Below are positions 1 to 22,772 of a stretch of 64,000 nt of DNA, piece after piece (position 1 is the stretch's first letter; each line of letters starts with the position of its first letter). The stretch lies in the NCBI RefSeq assembly GCF_009914755.1, contig NC_060928.1. One strand, written 5' to 3'. The DNA is from the human T2T-CHM13v2.0 reference genome, Homo sapiens. Below the pieces are notes generated by a model. The model worked only from the letters and a program-made list of their open reading frames with translations, was not told the DNA's origin and did not search any database. The position numbers and the translations under genes are program-made.

Positions 1-1900
<1,900 letters not shown>

Positions 1901-1929
1901 AAAAATTGTGTTTTCCGGAAGGATTCAGA

Positions 1930-3417
<1,488 letters not shown>

Positions 3418-4040
3418 TAAAATAAAGTTTATATATTAAAAAATTGTGCTTTCATACTCAAAGCAAGTATAGGTCTAACCCTATAGAACCTGACTGAACT
3501 CATCCCTAAATGCAGTTTGAGTTCTTACTTATTTCCAAATAGACTCCAAGTTTTGCAAGGTTGATAAGCAGATCGGAACTATGACAAAGTCCTTAGTTCA
3601 TTCACTATAAGTCAAGTTATAAAAACATATGATGAAACTCTTAAAGGACATTTAACCATTCTGTGAAAGGAGGTTCTCCATTACAGCCTCATTTCAGCTT
3701 TGTTCACCAAAAAATGGGGGCGGTTTTTAAATAATTATATTTCAGTAGTTTAGTGGTCCTGTTTTGATTTACAGTAAAACTTCCTTCAAATTAACTTAGC
3801 CTAATATATTACCCAAAAAGTTATCCCAAGTCAAATCTTAATAATTCTTAGACAATAGCTGGTTTGGGAACTGTCATCGATGACAGGTCTCCCATGCTGG
3901 GAACAGATTAATTTTGATGTTAACACACTACTTTGGTATAAAGATTCTTGTAAGCATGCCAGTCAATATACCAAATCAGAAACCACGTATCTGACAAGCA
4001 CAATTTCTACACCTAGAATAAGTGGCACAAACTTTAGTCA

Positions 4041-4355
<315 letters not shown>

Positions 4356-5949
4356 CTATATTTAAAAAAAAACAAAATCCAGCAAGCGGTTGTAAGCATC
4401 ACTGAGGATATCAGATCCCTAAGACTTAATTAAGCATGGAAAAGAAGAGGTAACTCAGGCTTCCAAAGGGCAAGGGCAAGTACAGTGAAAAAGCTGTACA
4501 AGTCTCCAGAAAGCAGTAATGACTTAGCATTCTGGATGCTGCTTTATGGCACAAAAGTATCATTCATGGAGTGAGCTGGTGGAAGGTAAAGTTAAGAAAA
4601 AATAAAGTATCATTCATATTCAATTACAACATCTATCACAAATACTATGTTCTTCTAGCATAACATTGCTCGTATTCCGCAATTTATTTTTGTCTTGCTG
4701 TTACCCAGGCTGGAGTGCAGTGGTGTAACCTGTGTGATCTCAGCTTCCACTTCCCAGGCTCCAGTGATACTCCCACCTCAGCCTCCTGAGTAGCTGGAAC
4801 TACAGGCGTGAGCCACCATGGCTAGCTAGTTTTTGTATTTTTGGTAGAGATGGGTTTCACCATGTTGCCCAGGCTGGTCTCAAACTTCTAAGCTCAGGTG
4901 ATCCACCTGCCCCGGCCTCCCAAAGTGCTAGAATTACAGGTGTGAGCCACCATGCTCAGCCCCATCTTGCTTTCTTGAGGAGGCAAGAAATGAATGAATC
5001 AACAGCCAGCCCATCAGAAACTGTTAATAACTTGTCTCCCTAGCTCTTGGTCTTTATTCCCAAATGTCTGCCATCTTCTGTCAAGCAGCAGCAGCAAAGG
5101 TTCAGAACCTCTTTATTTCCATCATAACCAGGTATTTTTGTTTGTTTTTGTTTTTGAGACGGAGTCTCACTCTGTTGCCCAGGATGGAGTGCAGTGGCGT
5201 GATCCCGGCTCACTGCAACCTCTGCCTCCCTGGTTCAAGCAATTCTCCTCAGCCTCCCAAGTAGCTGGGATTATAGGCATGCACTATCACACCCGGCTAA
5301 CTTTTATATTTTTAGTACAGACAGGGTTTCACCATGTTGGCCAGGCTAGTCTCGAACTCCTGGCCTCAGGTGATTCGCCCACCTCGGCCTCCCAAAGTGC
5401 TGGGATTACAGGAATGAGCCACCAAGCCAGGCCATAACCAGGTATGTTTTCAAATCACAAGTCTTTGAATAAACTTGTTAAATTTTGCCTGTGGGCTTCA
5501 AATTAAGATTCTTAAACATATCTTGGTGATCCTTGTGACCTTCAATGAATCCATCCATATTCTAGAGTCTACTTTGGTTATACACCTTCATGCTTTATCC
5601 CCAAGTGCTTTCAGAACCATTTCACTAAGATGTTCTAATGCTGACATAAAACCTTGAAACTATAAAAGGGGAGATTTAAGAATTCAGCGATGTAAAAATA
5701 GTTTCTACCATCATGAGCAAACAAAGAGGACAAACTGGGGGGAAAAGGTATTTAAAGCTCACTATAGGAACAAAGTACTCCTGCAGATTAGTTAAAAGAC
5801 CAAAGCCAATAGAAAAGCGGTTAATAAACATCACACAAAGGCAATCAGCCAAACTCAGATTATGGAAACCTACAGGTTAATCTTATTTCTTCAGCAAATA
5901 AGAAAAAAATAAATGGATGGCAAAACATCCTGAATAAGAGAAGAAACAG

Positions 5950-6866
<917 letters not shown>

Positions 6867-8471
6867 TTATTCACCTTACTGCAAATCTCCCTCAAAAAAA
6901 CTCCAATGACGGCTGGGTGTGGTGGCTGATGCCTGTAATCCCAGCACTTTGGGAGGCCGAGGCAGGCAAATGACTGGAGGCCAGGAGTTCCAGACCAGCC
7001 TGGCCAACATGATGAAACCCCATCTCTACTAAAAATACAAAAATTAGTCAGGCGTGGTGGTGCACATCTGTAATCCCAGCTACTCGGGAATCTGAGGCAT
7101 GAGAATTGCTTGAAACTGGGAGGTGGAGGCTGTAATGAGCTGGGATCACGTCACTGTAACTCCAGCCTGGGTGACAGAGCGACTGTCTCAAACACAAAAA
7201 ACAAAAACAAAAACAAATTCCCATGACATGTATGCTGAAAGGATTAAAAGTGAAAAATGTCTACAACTTACTTGGACACGCATATAGAAAAAAAGATGAG
7301 ACTGCAGGAGGCAGGCTATGGGATAAAGCATGGCAAAATGCTGCTTGTACAATCTAAGGGATGGGTATTGGCATCACCAAGATTTTATATACTGACAGAA
7401 AATGATCTTTAGGGTGTTTAGGTGGGAGAAAAGCCAAAATACAAAATAGCATGTACAGTATAATTTATATTTTTAAAAGAAATGACAACACCCACTAACA
7501 CTTGCTTATAAATAAAGTAAAAGTCACTGCAAGCTTACACTAGAAACTGATAACAGGGCTGTGCGAGAATAGAAACTAAACAGCTGAATTACAGGAGGGG
7601 AAGGAGAATCTTCACTACCCTTTGTATCTCTTCAACTTTATTTCCTTCAAAAAATAAAATATAAACAACTTTAAAATGAGCCTGCTTTTTTTTTTTCTGA
7701 GACAGGGTCTCACTCTGTCACTCAGGCTGGAGTGCAGCAACAGTCATGGCTCACTGCAGGCTTGACTTCCCAGGCTCAAGCAGTCCTCCCACTTCAGCCT
7801 CACAAAGTGCGGGGATTACAGATGTCAGCCACCACACCTAGCCTATTCTTGATTTTCATATAATCAGGCTTAAGACAGATTAAACCTTCCTTCCTATACT
7901 TCCTTTCTAAAAATAAGAAAACCACTAGAACTAAAATTCTGGACAGAAAATCCAGACACCTCACCAATGATGATATAAGGATGGCAGATTAAGTATATGA
8001 AAAGGTGCTCCACATCACTATGGGATTGGGAATTAAAACGATGAGACCACTATTCACCCATTAGCTAAAATGCAAGAGTGACATCACCAAATACTAATGA
8101 GGGTGAGGAGCTACAGGAACTCTTATTCATTGTCAATGGGAATTCAAAATAGTCATGTTGGAACAGTTTGGCAGTTTCTTCCAAAACTAAACATACTCTT
8201 AACTTACAATCCAGCAACCTGGTTCCTTGGTATTTACCCAAAGGAGCTGAAAACGAGTCTACACAAAAACCTGCACATAAATGTTTATAGCAGCTTTATT
8301 CCCTTCCTACAAACTTCAGATTCTCTTCTAATTTGCTGAACTTGGGGAGTGGGAGGGTAATGTATTTCTAATGCGATAGCGCAATTTGGATTGGAACTCT
8401 ACTGCTGACATACATACCATTCTCCTCTATACTATAGGTCCTACCAATTCAATGTGAGTGTCTTCCGATAA

Positions 8472-8717
<246 letters not shown>

Positions 8718-9060
8718 TAATCTTGAACTCCTGACCTCAAGTGACCCACCATGGAGGGTTTTAAATTCTGAAACAAACAGGATGTAACCCCAAAAAATAA
8801 CTTTCCAAATGAGAACTGAGTAAGGGCTGTTCAGGGCAGAGGACATTAACAAGGCATGTTGATTAATAAGCAGATTCATGGCACACAATGTTGCCTTCAA
8901 ACTGGGTTCCTTATGCTTCCCCCTTCAAGTAACACAGAAGTAGTGAGAATTTGGAGCCTTCCTCCCAGGGAAGATTCGGTCCCCCTTCCCACATGACAGA
9001 AGCTTAAGTTACCCACGCATAAAGGGACACATACTCTATTTCTGCTTCATTGCCTGGTGT

Positions 9061-9108
9061 CAATATTTAGATGAGACCACAATATTCAGATGAGACCACA
9101 ATATTCAG
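9061..9108. repeat. 19-bp tandem duplication, about 2.5 copies of CAATATT(C/T)AGATGAGACCA
   Basis: Read directly from the sequence. Confidence 0.9.
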
Positions 9109-10239
9109 CAATCAGCTCCCTGGTATTTACATACTGCTTCTCAGAGTTCTCCCTTGCACTCCGTAAGAAGCAGCTAGGCTAAAGCAGGATATGAGCACCC
9201 TGACCATATACCCCACTCCCACTATTCTTCCTGATGGCTTTACCACAAAGGAAGTTATAGACACAAGGAACCCAAACAGAAGGAAATTCACCATCACTGC
9301 TTCCTTCAATAGCAAAGAGTGATGCAAAACAGTCTTCTCAAATGTGGGGAGACGGTACCGTCTTCCACTTGCATGGAAATAAGATTACTTTTACTGTATT
9401 ATGTGCTTCTCTTCCTTTCCCATAACTACATCCACCTTAGCAATCACTTACGTACTAGCCTAGATCATGAACAAAAACAAAAGGGAGCATTCAAATACAT
9501 AAAATGATTTCCCAATAATGGCCACATTTTGTACAGAAAACTCAGCCTGTAGCGTGCCAAGAAGATATATCCTTTCAACCTTACCCATCCATCATATAGC
9601 ATTTTAATGCTTTGCTTGCATTCTTTTTCCAGAGATGTGCAAATAAAACTCATTAGCTTAAATCAATTGCAGATGAATTCCTCACAGTAGGCCCCACAGA
9701 TCTTTTCCACAGCAAATCAGATACCAAATGTGAAAGAGCAACAAAGATCACATTCTAATAGTTCGTACAACTACAGATACCAGTTCTCATAGCTTGGCAT
9801 ATTCAACCATATATGAAAACGCATTTCCATCTAGGCAGTACTAATGATGATGTTAAGCTGGTTAAGTCATGTTCACAGGATTTTAGAGAACACACACACG
9901 AAAATTAACCCTTACTACTTATATTAATATAGCAGGACTTGAGGTAATAATATATTCAGTTGACTCACAGACTCCAATAATAAATACTCTTAGGTAATCT
10001 TCAGCCTGAAACAAGTCTTCATTTATTGACTACAGTACAGTGATTTCGCATCTTAGCTGGTAATCAAAGATGGTTATGTATTAAGTAAGAGAAGACATAG
10101 TCTCTCTTCCAGGTATCACCTGTCAGAAACCTGGGCAAATTTAATTTTAAGAACTAGAACTGCATCTCCTGGTGGCAGTCGTCACCCTGAGAACAGGAAC
10201 AAGGCAAAGAAAGCATACAGGATTTTGATTCTCCTACAC

Positions 10240-11330
10240 AGGTGCACATAAAGTTAGTTTATTAATGACTATATTTTGAAGCCAGCCATTTTGTCCAATA
10301 TTTAAATAACAAGCTGTTTAATATTAAAGCAGAAAGTACTGCCACATTGTGACAGAAGTACAGCTTTATCCATAAACCCTTCACACAATTATACATTAAA
10401 TGCTATTTTTATTTAAGCAAGGCACCCCTACTTGTTCTAAAATATGGGATGTACTACTCCATTTAAAAAGCAAATGAGGAGACTGATTTTTTTCCTATCT
10501 AGAGCTGGTTTAAATTCAAGTGAAGCCATTAATTTTCTTACCAGTCTGGACTGTTCTGACATGTCACTTCACAGTTTTGAGACTAACAAACACCCTTAGG
10601 TCTACCCCAAACCAAAAAAAGCCAGGGAGGGACAGTTTAGACAACTTTTAAGTTAAGACTAGAATGCCCCCTTAAGTAGATAGGCACCACCGTTATACGC
10701 CTTTAGCACAAGGCTTAGAAAGGCAAAACATTTCTAAAGACATAAAACCGCCAAATTGTCATTTACACTAAGCTGTGGTATTTTTTGTTTTGATTTTTAA
10801 AAATTCCTATCTCTAAGTAATCAAATACAGCAAAATTTAAAACTATTCTGCCAAACCATACCAGTTCAAAGGTCTGAAACCGTTCTTTGCTTTGGTGAAT
10901 GTTTGGTTAAAATAAATCACTGTTTCACTCCATGAGAAGTTTTACATCAGAGCACTCAATTCACAGGCAAAAAAAAAAAGTTACTTTTTAAATGAAAGCG
11001 TTTAAAGAACACTGCTGAATAAAAATATGTGGTCTTTACAATGAGTAACATATCATCTATGAAAACAAACCATTTAATCATATAAAACAAAGACCATATT
11101 TTTAAATCAGATCCTGGACAGTTTAAACAAAAATTTTAATTTGTGGTTTATTTCATAATCCCAAACTGGATCTTTCATTTCTTCTTCTAAACAGTCCACT
11201 ATGAAACTTTTCTTAGAAGCAATTAACCCAAAACACCAAAATCATTTCCCTAGCAGTTGCTGCTAATAAACTGGAACTGTATATCCCAAGTCCAAGAAAG
11301 ATGTGCAAATGAAATGCTTCTTGCTTCACC
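10240..11330 (-). other. GRSF1: GRSF1 terminal non-coding exon, proximal 3' UTR (may extend to about 6250)
   Basis: Polypyrimidine tract plus TTTTAG|GGTGAAG acceptor at 11331; AU-rich, repeat-free sequence; minus-strand AATAAA at 10413-10408, 10263-10258 and 10027-10022. The 3' end is inferred. Confidence 0.8.
10258..10263 (-). terminator. candidate proximal polyadenylation signal AATAAA
   Basis: Plus-strand TTTATT about 1.07 kb into the last exon. Confidence 0.6.
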
Positions 11331-11676
11331 CTAAAAATAAAACAAAAAATATTGTACATTTACTCAAGATGAAAAAGGATGGCACACATTCCCATACCAT
11401 TTAAAATTGCAAATTCAAATTTTTCTCCTTTCTAATTTAGTGCAAGCTATCTGATAAACCGAGTTAAAGTGAGGAAAACTAGTCAGGCATTAGTGTTTAC
11501 AGGCTGGTACAAAAAACTGAGTTTCAGAATATATTTTAAATAGATTTTAGCTATTATAAATATTTAACACCAAAGAATTGTGGGACTTCATATCCAAAAA
11601 TAGCAACAGAAGAGGCCAGGCACGGTGGCTCACGCCTGTAATCCCAGCACTTTGGGAGGTTGAGGCGGGCAGATCA

Positions 11677-12218
<542 letters not shown>

Positions 12219-12749
12219 TCACTGCAACCTCCGCCTCCCAGATTCATGTGATTCTCCTGCCTCAGCCTTCCCAGTAGCTGGAACTACAGACATGCACCAC
12301 CACACCCAGCTAATTTTTGTATTTTTAGGAGAGACAGGGTTTCGCCATTTTGGCCAGGCTGGTCTCAAACTCCTGACCTCAGGTGATCTGCCTGCCTCAG
12401 CCTCCTGAAGTAATGGGATTACTGGAGTAACCCACCATGCCTGGCCCCATGTGTTTTCAAGAAATCATTACAGGTAAGTGTCTCAAAAGAATGAGCCATT
12501 ACCTGTAGAAAAGTGACTGCAATACAACAGTAATACTTACAATACCTTATGGGAAAAAAAAAAGACACCATATATTTAATCGAGGCAAGGAACATCAAGA
12601 TGTATTAAGCAAATCTCACGGGTAGGTTAACACTATAAAATTATGTACTTCCTAAGGCAAAAAAAAAATGCCATTTTAGGAAAAGGAAACAGTGGCACAT
12701 TAACTGTGTTTATGGATGATACACTCTGGTTTCACATGGTATCCTTTTA

Positions 12750-13052
<303 letters not shown>

Positions 13053-13391
13053 TCAAAAAAAAAAAAAAGTAACCTGAGAAAATGGAAAACGTGTTTAAAT
13101 TTAAGTGGGGAAAAAAAGCTAATGCAAGTCACATATCCAGTCTATTACGATTTATAGCTACTAAAGGTGGCTATTTTTTGGCAAACAGCATGATGTTGGA
13201 AATTATGCATAAAAATTCTATATGGAGATAATGCTCAAAGCTACCATATAAATCATAAGGAATTATGGCTGGGAGCAGTGGCTCACTCCTGTAATCCCAG
13301 CACTTTGGGAAGCCAAGGCAGGTAAATCACTTGAGGCCAGGAGTTAGTTCAAGATGAGCCTGGCCAACATGGTGAAACCTCATCTCTACTA

Positions 13392-13631
<240 letters not shown>

Positions 13632-13644
13632 TCACCTGAGGTCA

Positions 13645-13992
<348 letters not shown>

Positions 13993-14411
13993 TTATATTG
14001 ACACTTCAATTATCATTAGTTTGATCTTTATTAAAAAGGAATGGTGCCAGGCGGGGTGGCTCACTCTTGTAATTCCAACACTTTGGGAGGCAAAGGCAGC
14101 AGGATCACTTAAGGCCAGAAGTTCAAGGCCAGCCTGGGCAACATAGTGAGACCCCATCTCTACAAAAAATTAAAAAATTAGGTAGGCATGGTAGTACACA
14201 CCTGTAGTCCCAGCTACTTGGGAGGCTGAAGTGAGAGAATCACCTGAGCCCAGAAGGTTGAAGCTGCAGTGAGCTATGATCGCACCACTGCTAGCCTGGG
14301 CAACAGAGCAAGACCTAGTCCCTAAAAAAATTTGAAAAATAAAAAGAGAATGGTTTCTACCATATTACAAATTAGTGAGTGAATGATTATTAGTTTATCA
14401 ATAGCAAATAA

Positions 14412-14555
<144 letters not shown>

Positions 14556-14779
14556 TGAGTAGCTGGAATTACAGGCACCCACCATCATGCTCGGTTAATT
14601 TTTGTATTTTTAGTAGAGACAGGGTTTCACCATGTTGGCCAGGCTGGCTTGAACTCCTGACCTCAGGTGGTCCGCCCACCTTGGCCTCCCAAAGTACTGG
14701 GATTACAGGTGTGAGCCACTGCACCCAGCCCACAGTATTACCTCTTAAATTTACCTTATTATCTGGAGCCCCTAGAGTC

Positions 14780-14829
14780 TTATTTTCCTTTTGGACATGA
14801 ATTCAGGAACAGTTCAATATACCTATGAT
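14780..14829 (-). CDS. GRSF1: GRSF1 exon 9 coding part (exon continues to 14755)
   Basis: [16 protein letters not shown] then TAA at 14782-14780. Coding exon lengths sum to 1443 nt = 480 aa plus stop. Donor AAG|GTAAA at 14754. Confidence 0.96.
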
Positions 14830-15098
14830 CTGAGGATAATGAGAAAGATTAGTTTTAAAAAGTTGAAAAGGTAGAAAAATATTACAGCCATTTTTCTCAC
14901 AGTTCAGACAGCAACTCAAACCCTTTGCCCTTTCCTTTCCCTAATTAAAAACAAAATTTAGGCCGGACACGGTGGCTCACGCCTATTGTAATCCCAGTAC
15001 TTTGGGAAGCCGAAGTGGGAGGATCACCTGAGGTAAGGAGTTCAAGCCAGCCTGGCCAATGTAGCGAAACCCCATCTCTACTAAAAATACAAAAATTA

Positions 15099-15209
<111 letters not shown>

Positions 15210-15756
15210 CTACAGACTGGGCAACAGACAAGACTCCGTCTCAAACAACCACAAACAAACAAAATGTAAAATGGACAAACAGGCTGGATGCGGTGGCTCA
15301 TGCCTGTAATCCCGGCACTTTGGGAGGTCGAGGCAGGTGGACCATTTGAACCCAGGAGTTCGAGACCAGCCTGGCCAACATGGCGAAACCTGTGTCTACT
15401 AAAAATAGAAAAATTAGTCAGGCACGGTGCCAGGCACCTGTAATCCCAGCTACTCAGGTGGCTGAGGCAGGAGAATTGCTTGAACACAGGAGGCTGAGAC
15501 TGCGGTGAGCCGAGATGGCACCGCTGCACTCCAGCGTGGGTGACAAAAAAAAAAGAAAGAAAGAGATTTGCGGGATAATTAGCAGACAAAATTTTTTAAA
15601 TTATAATATAGTGTTTTATCTGTTACGTTTAATTTACTAGTACTAAAAGAATACAAATTTCTCAAGGAAAAATTCTACAATCCCAAAACAGAAAAAGATA
15701 TTTGTAAGCAAAGACAAGCATCAAAAATGACAACAAAAGCCAAAGGCAGGACTTAC

Positions 15757-15892
15757 GAACGTGGGACCGATCCTTGAGCATCGCTGCAACAGCATCCTCA
15801 TGGGTCTCAAAGTGCACATCAGCTTCTCCAGTGGCCTTCCCACTGGAGCTGTATTCCATGGTGATTCTAACAGGCTTGAGTGGAGCAAAAAA
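15757..15892 (-). CDS. GRSF1: GRSF1 exon 8 (136 nt), qRRM3
   Basis: FFAPLKPVRITMEYSSSGKATGEADVHFETHEDAVAAMLKDRSHV; TTTAG| acceptor and C|GTAAG donor. Confidence 0.97.
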
Positions 15893-16191
15893 CTAAACGA
15901 CAAACAAAGGCAGTCAAGAGGAACATGATGGATGTAAACCTACCTAGAAGTCTGGTGGCTCTTCATCTTTCTTTCAGACTTTGATTCATACACTTGATAC
16001 ATTTCTTTTTAGGAAATCTTTTTAAGCAGTAATATATTTATATATCTAGTATGTCTTCTGGCTTTTTACTTTTTCTCAGAACTCAAAGTGACATTTCAAA
16101 TATCTGCTCTCAGCGAGCATGGTGGCTCACACCTGTAATCTCAACACTTTGGGAGGCCGAGGACAGTGGATCGCTTGAGGTCAGGAGATCA

Positions 16192-16467
<276 letters not shown>

Positions 16468-16584
16468 TTACTATCCAACGCAGAAATACTATATTTTCTT
16501 CTCTACCTTCCCCAAATTAATACAAGTTCAATTTTAGAACTTTTGTTCAAATCTATTGAGATTGGATATCTTACTGCCACACAC

Positions 16585-16706
16585 GTTTATAATGTCTTGG
16601 GCATTGGCTTGGAAAGGTAATCCTCTCATGTGGACAAAATGCAGAGAAGACGTAGTTCCAAAATCAGCAGCCTCTGGAAGCTTTTCTGGCACCTCCTTAG
16701 GCAATT
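16585..16706 (-). CDS. GRSF1: GRSF1 exon 7 (122 nt), start of qRRM3
   Basis: ELPKEVPEKLPEAADFGTTSSLHFVHMRGLPFQANAQDIIN; the donor AAC|GTGTGT is the one that keeps the frame with exon 8. Confidence 0.95.
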
Positions 16707-17462
16707 CTGAGAGGTGGAACAGAAAGCACTGTTAAAACATAACAGCTTCAAGGGTTATTAACAGATTCTAATTAGGTATGACTTTTATGTCCAAATCCTC
16801 AATTCCTCTTAAGAGCATTAAAAGCCAAAATGATCTGAAATTTCTGCCACTCAACAAATATCACCTGAACACCCATAAGCACTGAATGCCTCAGACCATT
16901 ACCAGTTTAAGAACTTACCCCTTTTTGTAACATCAGAGAGCAGGTAAAATGATTATGAATTAAACCCTAAAAGAGACTTTCTAGATTACAGGCACTGAAA
17001 AAAAAAAAAAAGAACAAAGGCTGGGCGTGGTAGCTCACACTTGTAATCCCAACACTTTGGAAGGCTGAAGCAGGAGAATCACTTGAGCCCAGGAGTTCGA
17101 GACCAGCCTGGGCAACACAGCCAGACACTGTCTCTACAAAAAATAAAAATAAAAATAAGTTAGCTGGGCATGGTGATGCATGCCTATAGTTCCAGCTACT
17201 CAGGAGGCTGGGGTGGAAGAACTGCCTGAGCCCAGGAGTTCAAGGTTGCAGTGAGCCATGATTGTGCCACTGCACTCCAGAATGGGCCACAGAACAAGAC
17301 TTTGTCTCAAAAAACAAAAATATATATACACATATATATAGTGACAAGATAATCCCAGGGTACCAGTTTAAAAAGTATTTATGAAACTTAAAAGATTCCA
17401 AATGTTGCCCTGGGTTAGGAATCAAAGAAATAATTAAATCCAGAAGCAAACAAAAATCCTTA

Positions 17463-17787
<325 letters not shown>

Positions 17788-18020
17788 TCATTATCCAAAT
17801 CTTCCCCCATCTTAATTTAAATGTTGACATCTTACTTCCTTTTATCACATTTTTACTACCCAGCTTTTGATATAGTTAATAAAAATGATTAAATTAAAAA
17901 CCTAGCAAAATAATTAAGCCTTTCTGCATATACTCAAAGTATGTAAAGTCCTATTAAATCTTTAGGCCGGGTGTGTTGGCTCACACCTGTAATCCCAGCA
18001 CTTTAGGAGGCTGCGGCTCA

Positions 18021-18503
<483 letters not shown>

Positions 18504-19161
18504 TCAAAGCAAAAGTAAACAGGCACAAATGGTGCAAAGTAACTTTATACTGAACTCATTTAAAATAAACATGTATACATTATATTTCCAACAGCTTATG
18601 AAACACAGGTGTCAAAAGATAACAGGTAGGGAAAACTAATAATGCATACAGATAGTAGCCCATGAAAATATACAACAGAGTAGGTCACTGATTTAAGTTT
18701 TTGCATCAAGGTAACACTTTTTCTTCACATACATTTTAATAATATTTTCTACTCTGTTTTGCTTCATGAGAACAACTATGCTTAAGTTAATTGTGTATAC
18801 AGAAAAAATTAATCTCATAAGGGTTTTTTAAATTGCTGGTTAACAATCTCTTGAAGCTCTGAAATTCAATTCTGTGCAAATTAATCATATCTGTATAAGA
18901 TATTAAAAGTCACAGTAAAAGAAGAGCTAACTTCCCCAGAACTTCACTAAAAGGCTGAGAATTCAAGAACTAAGTATCAATTATGACTTGCTATCACAGG
19001 AGGGGACTGACTATCTATTAAACCCAAGCTTCTGGAACAATTTTTTTTTTTGAAACTTGGGTTTCTTGCTGTCACCCAAGATGGTGTGCAGTGGTGTGAA
19101 CATGGCTCACTGCAGCCTCAACCTCCTAGGCTCAAGTGATCCTCCTGCCTCAGCCTCCTGA

Positions 19162-19515
<354 letters not shown>

Positions 19516-19832
19516 TAATTTTTTTATTTTTTATTTTTGTAGACATGGGTTCTTGCCATGTTGCCCAAGTTGCTCTTGAACTCCTGGGCTCAAGTGATCC
19601 TCCCACTTCGGCCTCCCAAAGTGCTGGGATTATAGGCATGGGCCACCGCGCCCAGCACAGTTTCCTTTTTCTTAACATGGCCTTCTAAACTAAGAGTTAT
19701 AAAACTAGCTTGTGTTTACAAATCTATAAAGATTAGATGAGCACTACTTCTTTAAAAAAAAAACCTTTGAGCCTGGACAACAAAGTGAGACACCATCTCT
19801 ACAAAAGTTTTTTTTTGTTTTTTTTTTAATTA

Positions 19833-19970
<138 letters not shown>

Positions 19971-20910
19971 TTAGCTGGGTGTGGTGGCATGTATCTGTAG
20001 TCCCAGCTACTTGGGAGGCTGAAGTGGGAGGATTGCTTGAGCCCAGGAGGCCACAACTGCAGTGAGCTGTATCACACAACTGCACTCCAGCGAGGGTAAC
20101 AGAATAAGACTCTGTCTAAAATTAGCCAGGCATGGTGATGCATGCCTGTGGTACCAGCTACAAGGAAAGCTGAGATGGCAGGACTGCTTGAGCCCAGAAG
20201 GTCAAGGCTGAAATGAGCAGTGTTTGTGGCACTGCACTTCAGCCTGGGTGACAGAGCAAGATCCTGTCTCAAAAAACCAAAAAACCTTTCAACCACTTCT
20301 ATCAGTAGATCCTGAAACACTGGCTTTGGAATGGCTGTTTTGTTTACTTCAAAGGAGCTGATTTAAAAGGCCAGAAAACAGTAAAAAAAAAAATTAACGA
20401 AACAGTGATTTAACATTTGACATTTTAAACTGTACCTCCAAAGTTAAAGTTAAAACACAAATGAACCCACTTATCATCATGTGCATCCTGAGGTGATGTC
20501 AACATGAGATACTGTACAAGACAACTGATCTAATTTCTTCAAAAGTCAATTGCTTTTAAAAAGGGGGGAAGAATAAGTAAGGGGGATTTGCTCTAGTTCA
20601 AGAGAATCAGTGGTCAGGTGCAGTGGCTCACACCTGTAATCCTAGCGTTTTGGGAAGCCAAAGCGGGCGATCACTTGAGCCCATGAGTTTGAGGCCAGCC
20701 AGGGCAACACAGCAAGACCCCACCTACAAACACACACGCACGCACGCACACACACATACACACAGCCAGGTGTGGCGGCACATGCCTATTGTTCTAGCTA
20801 GTTGGGAGGATGAGGCGAGACGATTGCTTGAGCCCAGGAATTCAAGGCTGTAGTGAGCTATCATCATGCCACTGCACTCCAGCCTGGGTGACAGAATAAG
20901 ACCCTGTGTC

Positions 20911-20943
<33 letters not shown>

Positions 20944-21488
20944 GAGAATTATGGACATAACAATCAAATGCAGTGTGTAGACCTTATCTGGATTCTGTAT
21001 TTTTGTCCGGTGTGCTGGCTCACACCTGTAATCCCAGCACTTTTGGAGGCCGAGGTGGGTGAATGACTTGAGTCCGGGAGTTCTAGACCAGCCTGGCCAA
21101 CATGGTAAAACCTTGTCTCTACTAAAAATACAAAACTTAGCTGGGCATGGTGGCGCATGCCTCTAGTTCCAGCTACTCAGGAGGCTGAGGCAGGAGGATC
21201 ACATGAAACTGGGAGGCAGAGAGAGGATGCAGTGAGCCAAGATCACGCCACCGCACTCCAGCCTAGGCGGCAGAGTGAAACTCCGTTGCCAAAAAAAAAA
21301 AGGCTATTTTTGGTATAATTGGGAAAATGCTATTATGAACTGTTATTAGATAATATACTATTGCTAACAGTGTTAGATATAACATTGAAATTATGTAAAA
21401 AAATTTTTTTAAAAGATGCATACTAAAAAAAACCCAGATGAAGCAAATATAACAGATGTTACATTCTATATATAAATGTGTTAATCTA

Positions 21489-21854
<366 letters not shown>

Positions 21855-22005
21855 TTGTTAATCTAAATTATGGGCATTTGATGGCTCACTACACTACTCT
21901 CTCTACTTTTCTATGTTTGGATAACTTTTCAGTCATATTACAGCACATTCATCAAAATGACTTAATGTGTAACACTTCTGCATCATTAGTATCTGCTTTA
22001 CTCAC

Positions 22006-22141
22006 CGATTACCAATTTCTTCCCTGTGTTTCAACAGGGCTTGGTTGGCCATTTCTGGTTCTTCAAATTGCACATAGGCTTCCCCTGTTTTTCGCCTCCC
22101 TCTATAGTCCATCACAAAAGTAATGTCAACTATATTCAGTC
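22006..22141 (-). CDS. GRSF1: GRSF1 exon 5 (136 nt), qRRM2
   Basis: CCTAG|GA acceptor; [46 protein letters not shown]; CG|GTGAGT donor. Confidence 0.97.
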
Positions 22142-22772
22142 CTAGGACACCAAGAGATTTTAATGCTACTAGCAGGCTTTTTTATCCTTAGAATTAACAC
22201 CATCATTCACATACTAATAAAATTTTTATTCTGTTTTGCCAGTCCCAAAACTGAATACACGCTTGACAGGAAGAAAATTATTATGCAGTCAAAAGTCAGT
22301 CAACACCTACATACTTGTATTTCCAGAATAGGTAAGGTCCAAGAAGCCCACCCAAAACATACAATTCTCCCCACCAGTTTTTTTTTTTTTTTTGCTGTTA
22401 ATTATATACTAGGAAACAATAGAAATCACAGACTTCACTGCTAATGGTTCTAGGAATTAGAAAATACTTTTAAATTATATAAATTGTTATTGTCTTACAC
22501 AAATACAGCAACTATTATGAGAAGTTATTTCCTTCAATAGTAAAACCCTCATGAAATTATTCTGAAATCTGACTTCCCTCCTAAAATCTGCCTGATAGAA
22601 CAAAAACACATACAAAATCTATAAATATTAGAAATTTAAGTGAAGAGCTCTCCCCTAAAGAACCTAATATAACTGCATGCCTTTGCCCAGAAACAGGCTC
22701 ATCTAAGATATAGAAGGAGATACCAAGGGAAAAAAGATATGAGCTCCCAAGCATAATACAACTGCAAAGTAC

